A stretch of DNA of 64,000 nucleotides from contig NMRA01000146.1 in the NCBI GenBank assembly GCA_002633005.1, forward strand, positions 85,640 through 149,639. Reading direction: 5' to 3'. How positions within the stretch are numbered: position 1 is the first letter of the stretch; the number at the start of each line of letters is the position of its first letter. Shown one piece after another: positions 1 to 12,878 of the stretch. A program made the position numbers and the translations under genes. Source of the stretch: Phoronis australis (lineage: Eukaryota > Animalia > Phoronida). The notes beneath the pieces were generated by a model. It was not told the origin of the DNA. It made no database searches and was given only the letters and a program-made list of their open reading frames with translations.

Positions 1-1234
1 TTATTGTTATTCTTATTTAGTTGCAAATGTTCAGTTATTCTTATGCTAATGTCTTTGTTGCGTCTCAGTGCGCCTTTGTTACGTGGGCATGTGGGCGCGA
101 CTGTATGTGTCGGGCACTTCGCTAGCGACAGGCTTAGGAGAAGGGTGTTTCCTTCTTTTGCTTTCATGGAAAGTTGATCGTTATCATGTGCAAATTGAAC
201 TGAAACGAATGCCCGATGAGAGAAAATACATATTTTGAGGTTCAGTGGAGACTTGCTCTGTTACACTTATTACTTCAACTTTCTCCCTTCAGGTGATTTA
301 CATTGAGCTACATTGTGGCATTTTCAGGGTTACGTTTTTTTCTTTATACATTGTTGTCCAGTTATTCATTTTGGCTGAGTTGCATAAAACTTCAAAAGTT
401 ATCCGCTGGATAAGTTTGATTGTTGTATGACGTCAGGTGCATTGTCCAACAATAAAAACGTGACGCGTGATAATGCAACGTCATTGTTGTTATACGGCGT
501 ATAACTTTTATGCAACTGGGACCTGTACTTTTATTTGTTTGAAAGCCATTCTGCGTCTAAGAGTCTGCGTTTAAGTAAGTGCAGCGGCTAAAACACCTTT
601 TTCACAACAGAAATGCAAGTATTGTTCTTAAAAACAACGTTTTGCTTCTTACATACTGCAGAAAGTAATTGCGACGCATACATGTATTACACCACCCATA
701 ATTTGTAGCCCCTTCGAGCGCCCCAGAAATATGCTCAACAGCGTACTGAGGTTCAGATGCATCATCGCGGCCCGAACTCAATAGGAAGCCACTCTGCGTA
801 ATAGCTGCCATTTCTTGGACTTTCTGTACTTGTCGATCTCTGGGTTAAAATGTCACGTTGCGTGGTGTTCGGGAGTAGCAATAGTAATAATCACTAACTT
901 AGAGGCATAGCAAGCAGGATCGATATGAATAAAATCATTAAATCCAGTGGTGAAGGTCGTTAAAGGCGAAGGCAACCTTTTGTCCTGTCATTTTGAGCTA
1001 AAATAAGGTTGGTTGGTTATCCTAGACATATTTCCACTTAATTACAGCTTTTCGTAATTTTGATAATTACTCGTCCGCTACTCCGGAAGTGACGTTTTAG
1101 GAGGCAAGCATTTCGCGCCAATTTCTTTTCATATAGTGTGACTGCGAGAGCTGCCGACTCAGTCATTTTTCTACTTCGGTTGTGTTAAGTTCCATCCGAC
1201 GGCGTCGTTTGCTTTCATTTACTAGTCATTCAAC

Positions 1235-2020
1235 ATGCCACACTGTTGCTGTATACCGGGATGTACTAATTATCGTCTCACGCGCGCTTTGGGAGTACCT
1301 TTGCATCGCTTTCCGTTGGATGACACTTCGCCGTACTTGGCTCGTTCGTGTGAAGAACGCAGCGTTACCCGTCCACGCAACGTACAAAACAGTCGAGAAT
1401 TACCGTGTGTGTGGCAAACACTTTCTGCCGTCCGATTACGAAAGGGATTTGTAGGCTGAACTGATGAAGGTCCCTGTGAAACAACGCCTGAAGAAGGATG
1501 CCATTCCGTCTGTGTTGATTCCCGGCACTGTCCCGCCGCCACCCCCGAGATGTGCGTTTTTGAAGCGAGAAGCCTCGCGAGCTGTGGCCAGTACAGTGAC
1601 TGGAGCCAGTGGAGGCACTTCATCTACTGTCACCCATGCCTCCGAACGTACCCCCAGAGCGTGCCATTCCTGGAAACAGTAGTGATTCGCCCTGTGCTGT
1701 TTTCTCCAGCCCAGAGCCTCTAAGCAGCCCTGCAGCGATATTGAGTAGTGGATTACAGGCCCAGTTCGACACCCAGTGAAGAGGAGAGTTCGTCGTCCAG
1801 TGAACAGATCGGTGAGCCAAACTGATAAGTTTATTATGGACTTGTCTACAGTGTAGGAGCTATTTAGAATGTGCCAGGTGTGTGGCGAGGGAGTCACACG
1901 ACACGATGTAAGCAGTTTGGGTGCTCAGGTCACCATCCAGTGGGAGTGTGTCGCGGGACACTCTGGCAAGTGGGACAGTTGTTCCTCTGCCCGTGGTATG
2001 CCAGAGGTCCACTTAACGGT
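1235..2020 (+). pseudogene. THAP-domain Kolobok transposase 5' remnant (frameshifted, truncated)
   Basis: MPHCCCIPGCTN..LHRFP / frameshift / WLVRV..YRVCGKHF..*..LKKDAIPSV is a C2CH THAP with an AVPT-like tail. It is followed by a CQVC...WECVAGHSGKWDS zinc-finger-like segment. The DDE core is absent. Confidence 0.85.
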
Positions 2021-2022
2021 GT

Positions 2023-2334
2023 CCAGTAGTGGTTTGGCCTCGTCGAACTCTGAAAAGCACAAGCATTCCATTGAGGTAGGCATAACAACGCACACAGTGC
2101 ATTTGCACCAAGATATGTCACCACTTGACGCCCGGTCTGTCCTCAGTAGCCGCCTCGTTTCTCTCAACAGCTGCCTGTGCCTGTGCGTACTCTGCCTCGT
2201 TATACTCGGGCTCAAACATGTACCCACCCACTGAATGTCAGTGAAAAAATTCCTCGTCACCAGTGCTGTGAACAAGGTCTCCGCCGGTCACTCACACTAC
2301 TATCACTGTGATACGGGTCACCGAGTCCAGCCAT
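2023..2334 (-). pseudogene. KolX (P2X7 C-terminal ballast-like) N-terminal remnant
   Basis: Minus strand reads GYMFEPEYNEAE.. then, after a frameshift, SWCKCTVCVVMPTSMECLCFSE. This is the same Cys motif as the KolX exon at 48264. Truncated by the internal deletion. Confidence 0.8.
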
Positions 2335-4585
2335 TTTCAGCTTACAACACTCTAAGCAATCCCTAAATCCAACGTAGTTGAGTTCTGTACTAACCTATGT
2401 TGCCGCAGAATACTCGCCGATGGAAAGTGGTGGCGACAATTGTTGAAAAACAGCACAAAACAAAAGTAGAATAGAACAAATTCGCACGGTAAACTCAACG
2501 CAAAACCAAGTGGCGGGAAACGCTTGCCTCCTAAAACGTCACTTCCGGAGTAGCGGACAAGTAATTAATAAAATTACGAAAAGCTGTAATTAAGTGGAAA
2601 ATATGTCTAGGATAACCAACCAACCTTATTTTAGCTCAAAATGACATGAAAAAAGGTTGCCTTCGCCTTTAAGTCGTTATAGTTTACTCAGAGTTACAGA
2701 GTTTGTGGTAGGTAGTTTTCTGATGTGATAGTATTTTGACGTTTTGTTTTGAACTTTTTTTCCTCAAGTTTGTGTTATTTCAAAAGAACCTTTCACAGAA
2801 CAAAAATGTACTGTTTAGGTAGATTTAAATGGCCACACTAAGTGTCATTGGGCGATAATTACATACAATTGTTCTGACCAATTAGTATTTTAAAAGAAAA
2901 TATATGTCTACGATTATTGTAGAAATTGCTTTCATATTGTTGTTGATTTCCTGTGACAGACACTTATAATATCAACCAGTACTAAATACATTGTCTGTGA
3001 TTCAGTGATGATTTATTCTCATACATTCCAAAAGTAATACGTGGGAATTGTTTAATGGATTTGAAATGTTGATTTCCCTAAAGCAAATTTTATATGTTTT
3101 TGTAAGACCAATTTTCAGACATGTATGATAAAAGATTAATATTATAATAGAAATGCTATAATATTGTTATAAAATAGATGTTGCAATGCGCTCTTTCTCA
3201 AGGGTATGCTACAGACTGCTGAAAACATGTGGATAGATCTAAAATAAAACGGCACAGAGGACCACATAGTTACATAAAATAAACATGAACAATATGAACA
3301 CAACAGGACATAGCAACTATCAGTGGGGTAGGCCTACGTATGATGAGAGAGAGAGGGAGAGAGAGGGACCCAAACAGAGACATACACAGCTACTGGAGTC
3401 TATTAACTACAGACTTGTAGTGAGACATAACCCCTATGTCCCTGTTTAGGCTTCTGGCGTGAGTGCTAAACTTTGCGATGAATTCAGCCTCTTATTTCCT
3501 ACGTGCGTAAATGTCCAACAGTCCGCCTCTGAGTACAAGTACATTGACGTCACTGGTAGTATGGCCAGGGAGGTTGAAATGTTCCCCAATGGGGACCGCC
3601 CTATTATTGTGAAGAATCGTCTGCCTATGGCCGTTCATTCTAGTGCGTAACGAGTTACATGTCTCCCCAAAAAACCACGCGTGGGGACATTAACCACATC
3701 TAATAAGATAAACAATGTCCGCACTCGAGCACTTAAATTTGTCTCTGATCTCATATGTGACACCATAACGACTTATGACTGACTCCCCTGACATGTGGGT
3801 ACAAGTCAAGCACCTGGGTTTGTCACATCTCACAGTGCCAACGTCTTGGTGATCTATGTTAATAAACCATATTTACACTTTCAACTAGTAGAAACAAACT
3901 GTAACATAAATCTTAAAATTCTATAAATACGTTGTTAACACAAGCTTTCAGACAAACATAACGACAACAGTCAATGTCCGTCTGCTACTACAAAGACAGA
4001 CAGGACGATGTACAGTATACCTCGTCCAACTTAAAAGACCTTAGCTTACTGAAATAGTCTGATCAAAAGTTTGTTCATCTTAGCCTAGTAGGCCTTCCTT
4101 AGAAACACCTAGCGTTAACTAACTTAAGTCATAACTGGACTCGGGAATTATAAGCAAATGTGCTCAAGATTTCTACATTACAACCCTAACAGAAGCCCTA
4201 ACTGGTTATCCTTCTTTTTGTCAGCAGTTGCCTATCGAGCTATCTTCACTTCGCTTTGGTGTGGTCCGTAGAAGTAGTTCACTTTGCTCTTTTCAATACT
4301 AACGAAGTAACGCACAATTTCTGTAAACAATTTTCATGAAAGATCCATGGTGTTCCACCTGGAGAATGCACGATGACGTGCACTAGCGCTACGCAAAGTA
4401 CATGCCACGCGGTAACAATTTGACCTATTGCCAGGATTATGAGGGACGGCTTAATTGACAAATCAGAACGCAGCATTCTTGGCACACCTTCGTCTGCGTT
4501 TCCAAGCCGCCAGTTTACCCGACAAACCACACGTAGTCGAGTAAAACTTACTTTAGTCTATAGCTTAAGAAATTGTCCGCTAAGA

Positions 4586-4800
4586 ATGGGGAAACGGTGT
4601 TGAAATGGCGTGTGTAGCACCGACAGCCATTATGCTGCTCCAGAATAATATCCCGTCATTTTTGGCATGTCCTAAGCGGAAAAATGATGTTGAAAAGCGT
4701 AAACTATGGATCAAACTGTACGGCCACACGAGCAGCTGAACTTAGCGATGTTGCTTGACAACTCGAAGGCTATAATAAACACAAATATATTAGTTCCAAG
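4586..4800 (+). pseudogene. Decayed THAP zinc-finger exon (transposon-derived)
   Basis: Across frames: MGKRC*NGVCSTDSHY..., PKRKNDVEKRKLWIKLYG, PHEQLN, YNKHKYISSK. This is a THAP pattern (CxxxxC..PK..W..) with stops and frameshifts. Confidence 0.55.
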
Positions 4801-6496
4801 TTACGCACTTTTCAGCTTGGTGGCTATGGTGCAGGGCTATCTCAGATTTTGACTCCCGAGTTTCCTACGTCTGGCCGCCTTTGTCTCGGCACCTGCTGGA
4901 TATCAGCACACTAGCGGTAGTCCCTGGAAATTGTTGTTTTCAAGGACATTTTTATTTTATGTTTTTTTATTTATTTCAACCTAATGGACATCATTTTGTT
5001 TCGTATCAGAGATACATTTTTGTTATTCATAAACCGTAGGCTGGCGTTCAACTGAACTTCTCTCCCGGTCAAAATTCAGAGATTCGATCGGCACAGGGAA
5101 GGGCACTGGATTACTGCCGGAACTCAAAGCCTTGGTCGAGCTGTTATCACTAAAAGTAAACTGTTGAATTACTTTTTGACGTGTACCTCTAATGTACACT
5201 ATGTCCGTAGAGTTAGAGAGAGATTATTTTGAAGTTGTTCAAACATGATATTTAGATTTATGAAGCTTTAAAAAGAATTTGAGTTATTTTTGTAAATACC
5301 CTATTTTGGCAACTACCACACCTGACTTGTAATCTTTTGTAACCATACCACGACTTAGTGATCACGCTACCTTCAAAACTAAATGAAAGCTACCTTTATG
5401 AAATAAAACTACAAAAAAAAATGCCAAGTTCATAAGAAGGTAGGCCTAATTTAAATGTCTTAATGGTGCAAACGGACGATTCCATAGGCAGATTTAGGGA
5501 GGAAGGGGCGGATTTAGGGGGTGGAGAGCTCCAGCCCCCCCACCCCCTTGGCTGACACAAGGAAAATGAAACAGAAAGAAGGTGAAGTGTGAGGAAATAT
5601 TGAGTTCATTAACTAGGACCGGTAGCGGAAGAGGGGGGTTCATACCCCGGATGGCGGCGGAATCGTGTTCCTGTTTTTTTAGTCCACCGACATATTTTCT
5701 GAACAGAAGGTCCAACGGTCTACATCCCTGTCCCCTGCAACTTTCGGGCAGCCTGTGCACATACAATCGCACTTTGCCCAATTCTACGAGGCAACGTATG
5801 TTGGGCCCTCCTGTGGTATCCTAGATACGCCACTGAATTCCAGACATTAATTTGACTTAGACACAGCCCTAGACCTACCGGAGCTACCTGTTTGCCTAGG
5901 ACGAGATGAGTGTGTACCTGAGCAATGAACCTGAATTTTTTGATCAATTTATTTCGTTACAAGATTAGAAAAGCGTAAACAGTGCTATCGAGTCGACCTA
6001 GTCAAAGACTATATCGTACATATGTTGTCTGTAATCTATGACCTACTTTACTCCAGAGGACCCATCAGTTGTGATCTACTTTTCATTTGGCGAAATTTAG
6101 CAGACGACAGAATAAAAATATCGGTGAATCTTTACTGATTTTATTCGAAAGATCATGAAATCCATGGAGTCGTACAGATGATTCGACTTTAAGGTACATA
6201 CCCACTGGCAGATTTACATGAACATAACGTACCAGTGGACTTGTCATTTGTGAGGTGAAGGTTGCCCCGAGGCCGAGAGGTTCATCGGATTTTCGTTGGC
6301 TCCTCGAACACTTATTGTTTTCATCGTCACCTTTACAATTTCCCATATCATGAACGTACGATTCTCTGTTGAAAAGCATTGCCTCTTGTCTCTGTCGAAG
6401 CGTTTTCAAATAGTGCAAAAACGCTCATCGATTCCACCAAGAACGTCGTTTAGCGACAGTGTATTTGCCTCTGACATCTCGTTCGATTGTCGGGTA

Positions 6497-6525
6497 TCAC
6501 GTGACCTTTCGCATAGGGGCGGAGC
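6497..6525 (+). promoter_or_regulatory. Candidate proximal promoter motifs (E-box TCACGTGAC and GC box GGGGCGGAGC)
   Basis: Both motifs lie 100-130 bp upstream of the ATG at 6625. Function is inferred from position only. Confidence 0.3.
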
Positions 6526-6624
6526 TTGCGATAGGTCAATTTCAAGACAACTGACAGTGCCGTATATGTGTTCATCGCTTAGTACATGTACCTGTGTTTG
6601 GTAGTGGTTGTCGCAGTAAGGAAT

Positions 6625-6940
6625 ATGCCAGGTTGCAGAAGGCACTCTCTCGTCTTGGCGTTATGCCTGGCCTGTGTCATAGCAGTGTCCAAACAACAGA
6701 AACGTGATGTGCTACTGTCCCAGGAATTATCCTACATTGGTCACAGAATCCTCCCGAGTTTCCTGGATGGTGTATATGGCTGCATTCCTTCCCAGACGTG
6801 GTGTGCGTCTCTATGCTTGTTACAACGCTGCTCCTTCTTGGCTTACAGCACAAAGAACCAAGCTTGTGAAATAAGTAGTTTCAAGTGGTTAGCGACGTAC
6901 AAGACGGTAGACACCAGTTGGCGCATATTCGCCCGCACAG
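6625..6940 (+). CDS. Exon 1 of 5-exon secreted protein gene (signal peptide + PAN/apple-like Cys module)
   Basis: MPGCRRHSLVLALCLACVIAVS has a hydrophobic N-terminus, followed by WCASLCLLQRCSFLAYSTKNQACEI. Phase-1 donor AG|GTAATT at 6941. Confidence 0.8.
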
Positions 6941-7674
6941 GTAATTAGTCTTTTCCGGAAGTAAAAATGAGGACCCTACGTAACCCATTGTTATGATTTT
7001 GTAAAACCTTATCGTTAAGTTTGTTAAAAAAATATCTACAAAACGTTTAAATTGAATGTATCATCTAAAACGAGCAAACCTATACAGTTTGAAATTTGAC
7101 TTCATTCATTTTATTGTGTCTTTTTAGTAAAAGTTAGCCAAATAAAAAGGTACATACAGAGCAAAACAACGATATCAGTAACACTTGTCTTTCACTTAAA
7201 CGTTCAGATGAAATCTCAGAAACGATACACCTTTTGAAAATATCATTCGGTTTTTGTTTTATGCAACATTTGAGTTTTTTAATAAAAGTCATTTAAGACC
7301 AATATTTCATAGCACTTCATAAAAAGAAACGTTTTAGAAACAATTCAAAACAGAGTTTTGGAGTGCGGCCGAGTGTATACATTACATTTAAGTCAAACCA
7401 GCCATTGCTTCGACGTTGGCCAGATTTAAACCTTCTATATTAGGCCCCTACGTACACTTAAGATTGAGAAATAGTAGCGGGGTGTCGTTCAAAGACAAAG
7501 ACAAACCTAATAAGCAACTGTACATCAAAAAATTTTAATTTCTGTACAAATTAGTTGAAAGAACATTTTGACGACGACGTGGTATTTTTAAAATTCATAG
7601 TTTCAAATTACGGAAAATCTGTAGAAAATTCGATTTTTTTAATTCCAAATGTTTGTGAACATGTTATTTTATAG

Positions 7675-7850
7675 ACACCTGGAAACTTGCATTTAAAGGA
7701 AACAGCGCAAACAACATCAGTGTGTATGACCTCTGGGCGGGGTCAACATTCACAGCTCAGCCTGGGGCGGAAGTATTCAAAATGGTGCCGTCAGTAGAAC
7801 ATTACAAAAGCCATCTTGTGGAGAACTGGGACAACTTTGGCGTGTATCAG
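7675..7850 (+). CDS. Exon 2 of secreted PAN-like + uncharacterised-domain protein
   Basis: TTTTATAG| acceptor; DTWKLAFKGNSANNISVYDLW...HYKSHLVENWDNFGVYQ; donor CAG|GTACGT. Phases fit exons 1 and 3. Confidence 0.85.
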
Positions 7851-8444
7851 GTACGTCTTATAATGGACGGGAAACAAGCAGGTGCACAAATCTTAGCGTC
7901 TTCACAGCCTTTACACTGTCTGGCGACACCATTTCCTCCGTTCGCCAAATATTTCTTCAACCTTCCATTCGCAACTAAGTAATCCCAAATTTGACATACA
8001 ACCATGTTTACTGCTTGCTACACAAAAAATCTAAATGTTGCGCTTGACACTGAAAATTATGATCGTCATAACTCCTTCCCACTCGTAGATCCTTGAAATA
8101 CTCTGTCAAGTACATTTAAAATACGACTTAAAAACGTTGATCAATTGATGTGCTAGCACGTGATCGACTTTTGTTTGTGAGTTCATAAATGTATGGCAGG
8201 GACCACTTACAACACTCGTTGCTCTTTTGGCTAGCCCTGTCATAGTCAAAGTGTTGAACGTTTTGACTAACAACAGCTGACTTACATGTATATGACACGA
8301 TTTTCGAGCCCTTTAATCGTATACAAGCATCATGTTCCTTTTGAGATGGACCAGGTGCAAATGTTCTATGATTAACAAAAAGTCGGATAACGTTAGTTTT
8401 TAAGATGTGATGGAGTACAATGGTGGGATTGGAGGACATGACGT

Positions 8445-8520
8445 TCGTATAAGCAAAACTATGCGTATAAGCAAAAGTATGCGTATCAGCAAAATTATGA
8501 GTATAAGCAAAATTATGCAT
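8445..8520. repeat. 18-bp minisatellite, about 4 copies
   Basis: Units resembling CGTATAAGCAAAATTATG. Confidence 0.8.
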
Positions 8521-8959
8521 CTAGACGAAGCACATGAACGGGGTGCCAACATCCATCAATTCCAGTTATTGGACTGACTTATCGCCATACGAAAACAGAA
8601 CTGTGATGACAAGATGAATTCTTCATTCCTAACGGAGTTTTCATTTACAACGTATTCAATTCTCACGGACACAGTTCATTTCTCGCGTCGTTCGTCAAAA
8701 ATGTTCACACATGCAACCAGGAATACCATAAAATCCTATGCACGAGCAATTCAAACCAGGCTAATATTCAACTTGATAGTTGACTACTATGACAACTAAA
8801 TAAAAGACAATCGCAGTGTAACGGATATATTGAATTATTTTTAAATTTAATACATATAAACCTTGGAATATCATCTACAAATGTGCAAAATATGACAGAG
8901 ATCTGCATGAAATTGTCTGAGCACTGTCACATGCATCAGGTAAGAAATAAAATATCGAA

Positions 8960-9460
8960 CAGAAGCTTGTTGATTTCAGTCTACGCTCAATATGGCCTTC
9001 ATTTTCTTCCACTACCAAATCAGAAATGCTTCCAACAAGACTTCCTCCCATGACATAATTACTGTGTCTTTTATCTCCTGCTCAATCAATTTGTGTCTCA
9101 CAACCCGGTAAACTTTCTCCTCGGAGAGTCCCATATGGCATAGTCCATTGGACTGCAATCAGAATTGAGCGGAGGCCACTCATCCTTTTTCATGTATTTT
9201 GGTGTGGCCTCCACCAGATCAGCCTTTGTTATCTTGCTTTTGTGTGAAGGCGCCTCATCTTACGGAAAAACGTAGTCGTTTCCAGAATAAAGTCACCTGG
9301 TATCCGGGAGAAGGTTTTCATTGAAACATTGCATTTAGCGTTGACTCACTGTTAACTTTGGCTCTATCGGTGTCATTAAAATGAATATTTGTTTTTCCTT
9401 CACTGGATACTCTAGCGGAAATGGTATTGCTTTTGGAAAAATCTGGAAGTCTCAAAGAGC
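8960..9460 (-). pseudogene. Tc1/mariner DD37D (maT-like) transposase C-terminal relic in intron 2
   Basis: Minus strand reads FSKSNTISARVSSEGKTNIHF...LLPDTR*LYSGNDYVFP*DEAPSHKSKITKADLVEATPKYMKKDEWPPLNSDCSPMDYAIW. There are 37 residues between the second and third catalytic Asp. Stops are present. Confidence 0.85.
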
Positions 9461-11053
9461 TGAATTTTTCGTTTTTGTTTCTGATAAACACGATCATTTC
9501 CGTGATTTTGTGCGCACACATACATGTATTGATATGTGGTTGCATTATGCCGTCATTCACGTTTGTCAGGCGTTCGTCCGGCGTCTGAAAACCCTATGAC
9601 ATATGCCCATGGAATTTTGCGCGTGTTCCTTTCATGGATGGGACGACATGGGCGAACTTTCGGAATGATTCCTTCTACCGGTGTGCACCCCAGTGGCAAT
9701 TTAAATTTTTACGCTTACCTCTGTATTTTCCAAGGTCTTTAACGAATTTTCTCATCCATTGGTGAAATGATGCTATTCACCAAATTTTGAATGGATTCGA
9801 GGTATTTCGCGCCACCTAAAGGCTATTTTTACTGTTTTCGAGTCTGCTTTGTGATGTCCGCCCCTCTATCAACCGAACCGCACTAAGGATGATTGTGAAA
9901 TTTTGCATGTACACTGTAAGTTATTCCGCTAAAGAGGACGGTTGACGATGATTTTCCAACGACTTTGACTATTTTGGCGCCTCCTAGTTGGAGTTTTGTT
10001 TTGTTTTGCACAAATGGCTGTACCTCCTAAACCTTTGGCAGGATCTTAAGTAAATTTGGGAAGTGTATTTATATCAAGTTAACAATGGAGGACGACGACT
10101 TTCGGACGGACCTGTGCCTCCTACTGGAAATTTTATTTTTTTTACCTTTACCTCGGTATCTTCAAAGATTCTTTTACGGGTTATCATAAAATTTGAAATT
10201 TAGGCATCAATTGGTGAGATGACACATTCTTTCCGTTTTCGGATGGATTCGAATTGTTTTGAGCCGCCTAGTGTTCATTCTTGCTGTTTTCAAGTATGTC
10301 TTTTGGCCTCAGCCCCTCTATCAACCAAACCATCCTAAGGATGATTTTGAAAATTGCCGCCAAAAATAAAACAGAAACACAGCAAGGGCGTGAGGAAAAT
10401 TTGACTTTACTAATTATGCCAGGTAATGGCGCAGCGTCTCCCTTTTTTTAATCACGCGGCAGGATTTTAGCAAAGAGGTCCACCTTGTCAGTAGTCCAAG
10501 CCCTCCTTCATTTCAGGCTGGGTGAATGCATGCAGTCGTGCTTTACGCGATTTCTCGAGATAAAGTGTTGGCCCCCCATGGTATCCTAGATTTGCCACTG
10601 TGTTCTCAGTGCGATGAAGACAATTGACGATGACGAATTCAACTACTTTAACGCCTCGTTGTGTCAGTGTTTTGTTTTGTGCCCATAGCTGTATCTTGTA
10701 AATCAACTGCAGAATCAAGTCAATTGCTCAGCAATTCCTTGTCAAATAGTGGCTCAGTTGTTGAGACACCGGATATTTACCTTATTGGTGATCTAAGTAA
10801 TTTTAACGTTAGCCACGATGCTGTTTTTTTCGTGATTACGGCGACAATAGACAGAGATATGGTGAACGACAGCCGGTTAACACAAATTCCTAAGTTATTT
10901 CTATGGTGATACATATGAGAATCGTTATTTTTTTATTTCTTTTGAAGAAGCTAGTCAACAAAGTTACATGTACGATTTGTGCGCTTTTGATTTTTCTGGT
11001 AAAAATAGATAACGTTCCTTACAATGCGGTAGTGATAAATCCTACTATTGCAG

Positions 11054-11208
11054 GTAAAATTCGCCTTCTTCAAAGAAGAGGTCGAAGTTTTCACTATGGA
11101 ATTTGAAGGAAAATCTTCTACCAAACTAGACTGGTTCAGCCAAGGTAGACTTACCAACTCTCCTTTTATTGACTTGATCGACAACAGCATATTCAAAATT
11201 TTAGACTC
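11054..11208 (+). CDS. Exon 3 of secreted PAN-like + uncharacterised-domain protein
   Basis: TTGCAG| acceptor; VKFAFFKEEVEVFTMEFEGKSSTKLDWFSQGRLTNSPFIDL...; phase-2 donor TC|GTAAGT. Confidence 0.85.
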
Positions 11209-12385
11209 GTAAGTATTATTGATGAAATTTGTCATAGTACGAAATGTAACAATTTTGTAAAATGTAACAACTGTTAAATTTTACGTCATTGTTACATTTT
11301 ATGTTGCAAGGCCTCTCCTAAAATAAAACAAGTTGTTACAGTATGTAATTGTTACATTTTACGTCGAATGCACATGCGAGAAACGTACCATTGTTACATT
11401 TTAAGAAAGCGACGTCATAATTCATGGGTTTGTATGATATTTGTCACACGTAAGAAAACCGTTCACACACTTGACGCCTTCCTGTGTGAATGAAATGTTA
11501 TCAAATGTGCCATGTCGAACTTATAGAAGTATATCTATGTGCTTTACATGTTTTTTAACATGAGTAGTTTTATGATATATTCAAAAATGCACAACGTGCA
11601 GTTTCGTATTTCTTTGGAAACGAACTACAGTAACAAAATGTTTCATGGATAATTCAATTTTGGAAGCCAATTTCATTGAAAAAAACGATAGTTTGGTTTA
11701 TTTCGGCCAGGGTTTACTGCCTTGGAGTCATCACTGTAGTATTATACCTGCTCCACACTAAAGGAGCAAAACCAATGTCTCTGATGCAGACAGGTTCTTT
11801 CTACCACCTTAGTTACGAATTACAATTTCTCAAGGACATTGTGGTGGACAGCACGCATTTGTTTGCCAGCAGGTTGACAGATTTTGCCAAAACAACAGCA
11901 AAAGTTCGCCTTTGAGAAGGGCGAGCCAATAATTCAAAAAAGTGGCGGCATAGTAACGTATTGTATTTAGCTTAAAAGCTGAAAGAAATACATGTATCAT
12001 TGTCCCTATGACGTCAAACCTGTCTGAAACAGTGGTGGTAACAACAGGTCAAACCGTGACGTGTATATGTAAAAATGAGATGTCCAGCTGGGGGAAATAG
12101 AACATATTTTGCACTCTGAAAGGACATGATTTTTTTGCAAGGGGCAATAGTGCAAAAAGCTGACTGTCGGCCTTTCAGACTATAAAAACCTGCAGTTTCT
12201 CTTTCAATTTTCTTTTAAAACATGAATTAAAATTGGTATTTGGTCAATGTTCATTAGTTCGAAATACTTATAAGGGCCCTCTTGGACAGCAGTGCTATTA
12301 CTGAAGAGACCACCCTCATTTTAAATATCACAATAAATAAATAAATCAATAAATAATAAATAAAGATGTGTTTTGATATGATTAG

Positions 12386-12567
12386 GGACAACACTACAAA
12401 CCGCCGATTTTTCATCAATACCGTTTACTGGAGCTGTGACACAGACACAGGATGGGTCGCAGTAATAGACGGTGAAGGTGTTTGTGATTGGGAGAAGAGA
12501 GTTTCCAACTACCCACAGTTTTGGTACAGTAAGACTCCGACCAAGATAAAGTGGAACTCTGCATTAG
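12386..12567 (+). CDS. Exon 4 of secreted PAN-like + uncharacterised-domain protein
   Basis: DNTTNRRFFINTVYWSCDTDTGWVAVIDGEGVCDWEKRVSNYPQFWYSKTPTKIKWNSAL. AG/GT boundaries with matching phases (2 in, 1 out). Confidence 0.85.
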
Positions 12568-12615
12568 GTAAAATTCACACTGATATATCATACATGAACC
12601 AAATCATTCTGCCTA

Positions 12616-12878
12616 CATGCGCGCACAAAGAGGAGACTAGAGGGGTTCGAACGAGTCCCCCATTCGACGAAGTGGGGAAAAAGGTCCGCCCCAGAGAACG
12701 AAAAAGTCCGAAAAAAACGAGACAAAGTCCACAGGAATTCGGCGCGATTGCATGATCCATTGGTCTGGACCCAGTACCGCGTTTTTATAGTCCTCGTGTA
12801 CATTTTACAGTGAAAAGACCACATACACCTGTACCGATAAATTCGAGCCCCCTCTATTTTAGGCAGGGTGCGCGAATA
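12616..12878. mobile_element. MITE with CATGCGCGCAC-type TIR and 5-bp TSD (copy 1)
   Basis: GCCTA|CATGCGCGCAC...GTGCGCGAATA|GCCTA. Confidence 0.75.

Larger units (their letters stand above)
964..2668 (+). mobile_element. Kolobok-type DNA transposon, internally deleted non-autonomous derivative
   Basis: About 157-bp imperfect TIRs (964-1120 / 2511-2668, AGGCGAAGGCAACC...GGTTGCCTTCGCCT). TTAA on both sides (960-963, 2669-2672) and purine-purine termini. Contains convergent THAP-transposase and KolX remnants. Confidence 0.9.

Noticed and set aside
602-811. Possible first exon of a minus-strand gene (ATG 811, donor TAT|GTAAG near 652)
   Set aside because: Plausible signals but no recognisable domain, and downstream exons would fall outside the window.
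8128-8520. 130-aa ORF with HNFAYT repeats; CRISPR-like periodicity
   Set aside because: An 18-bp minisatellite without spacers, in eukaryotic intronic context.
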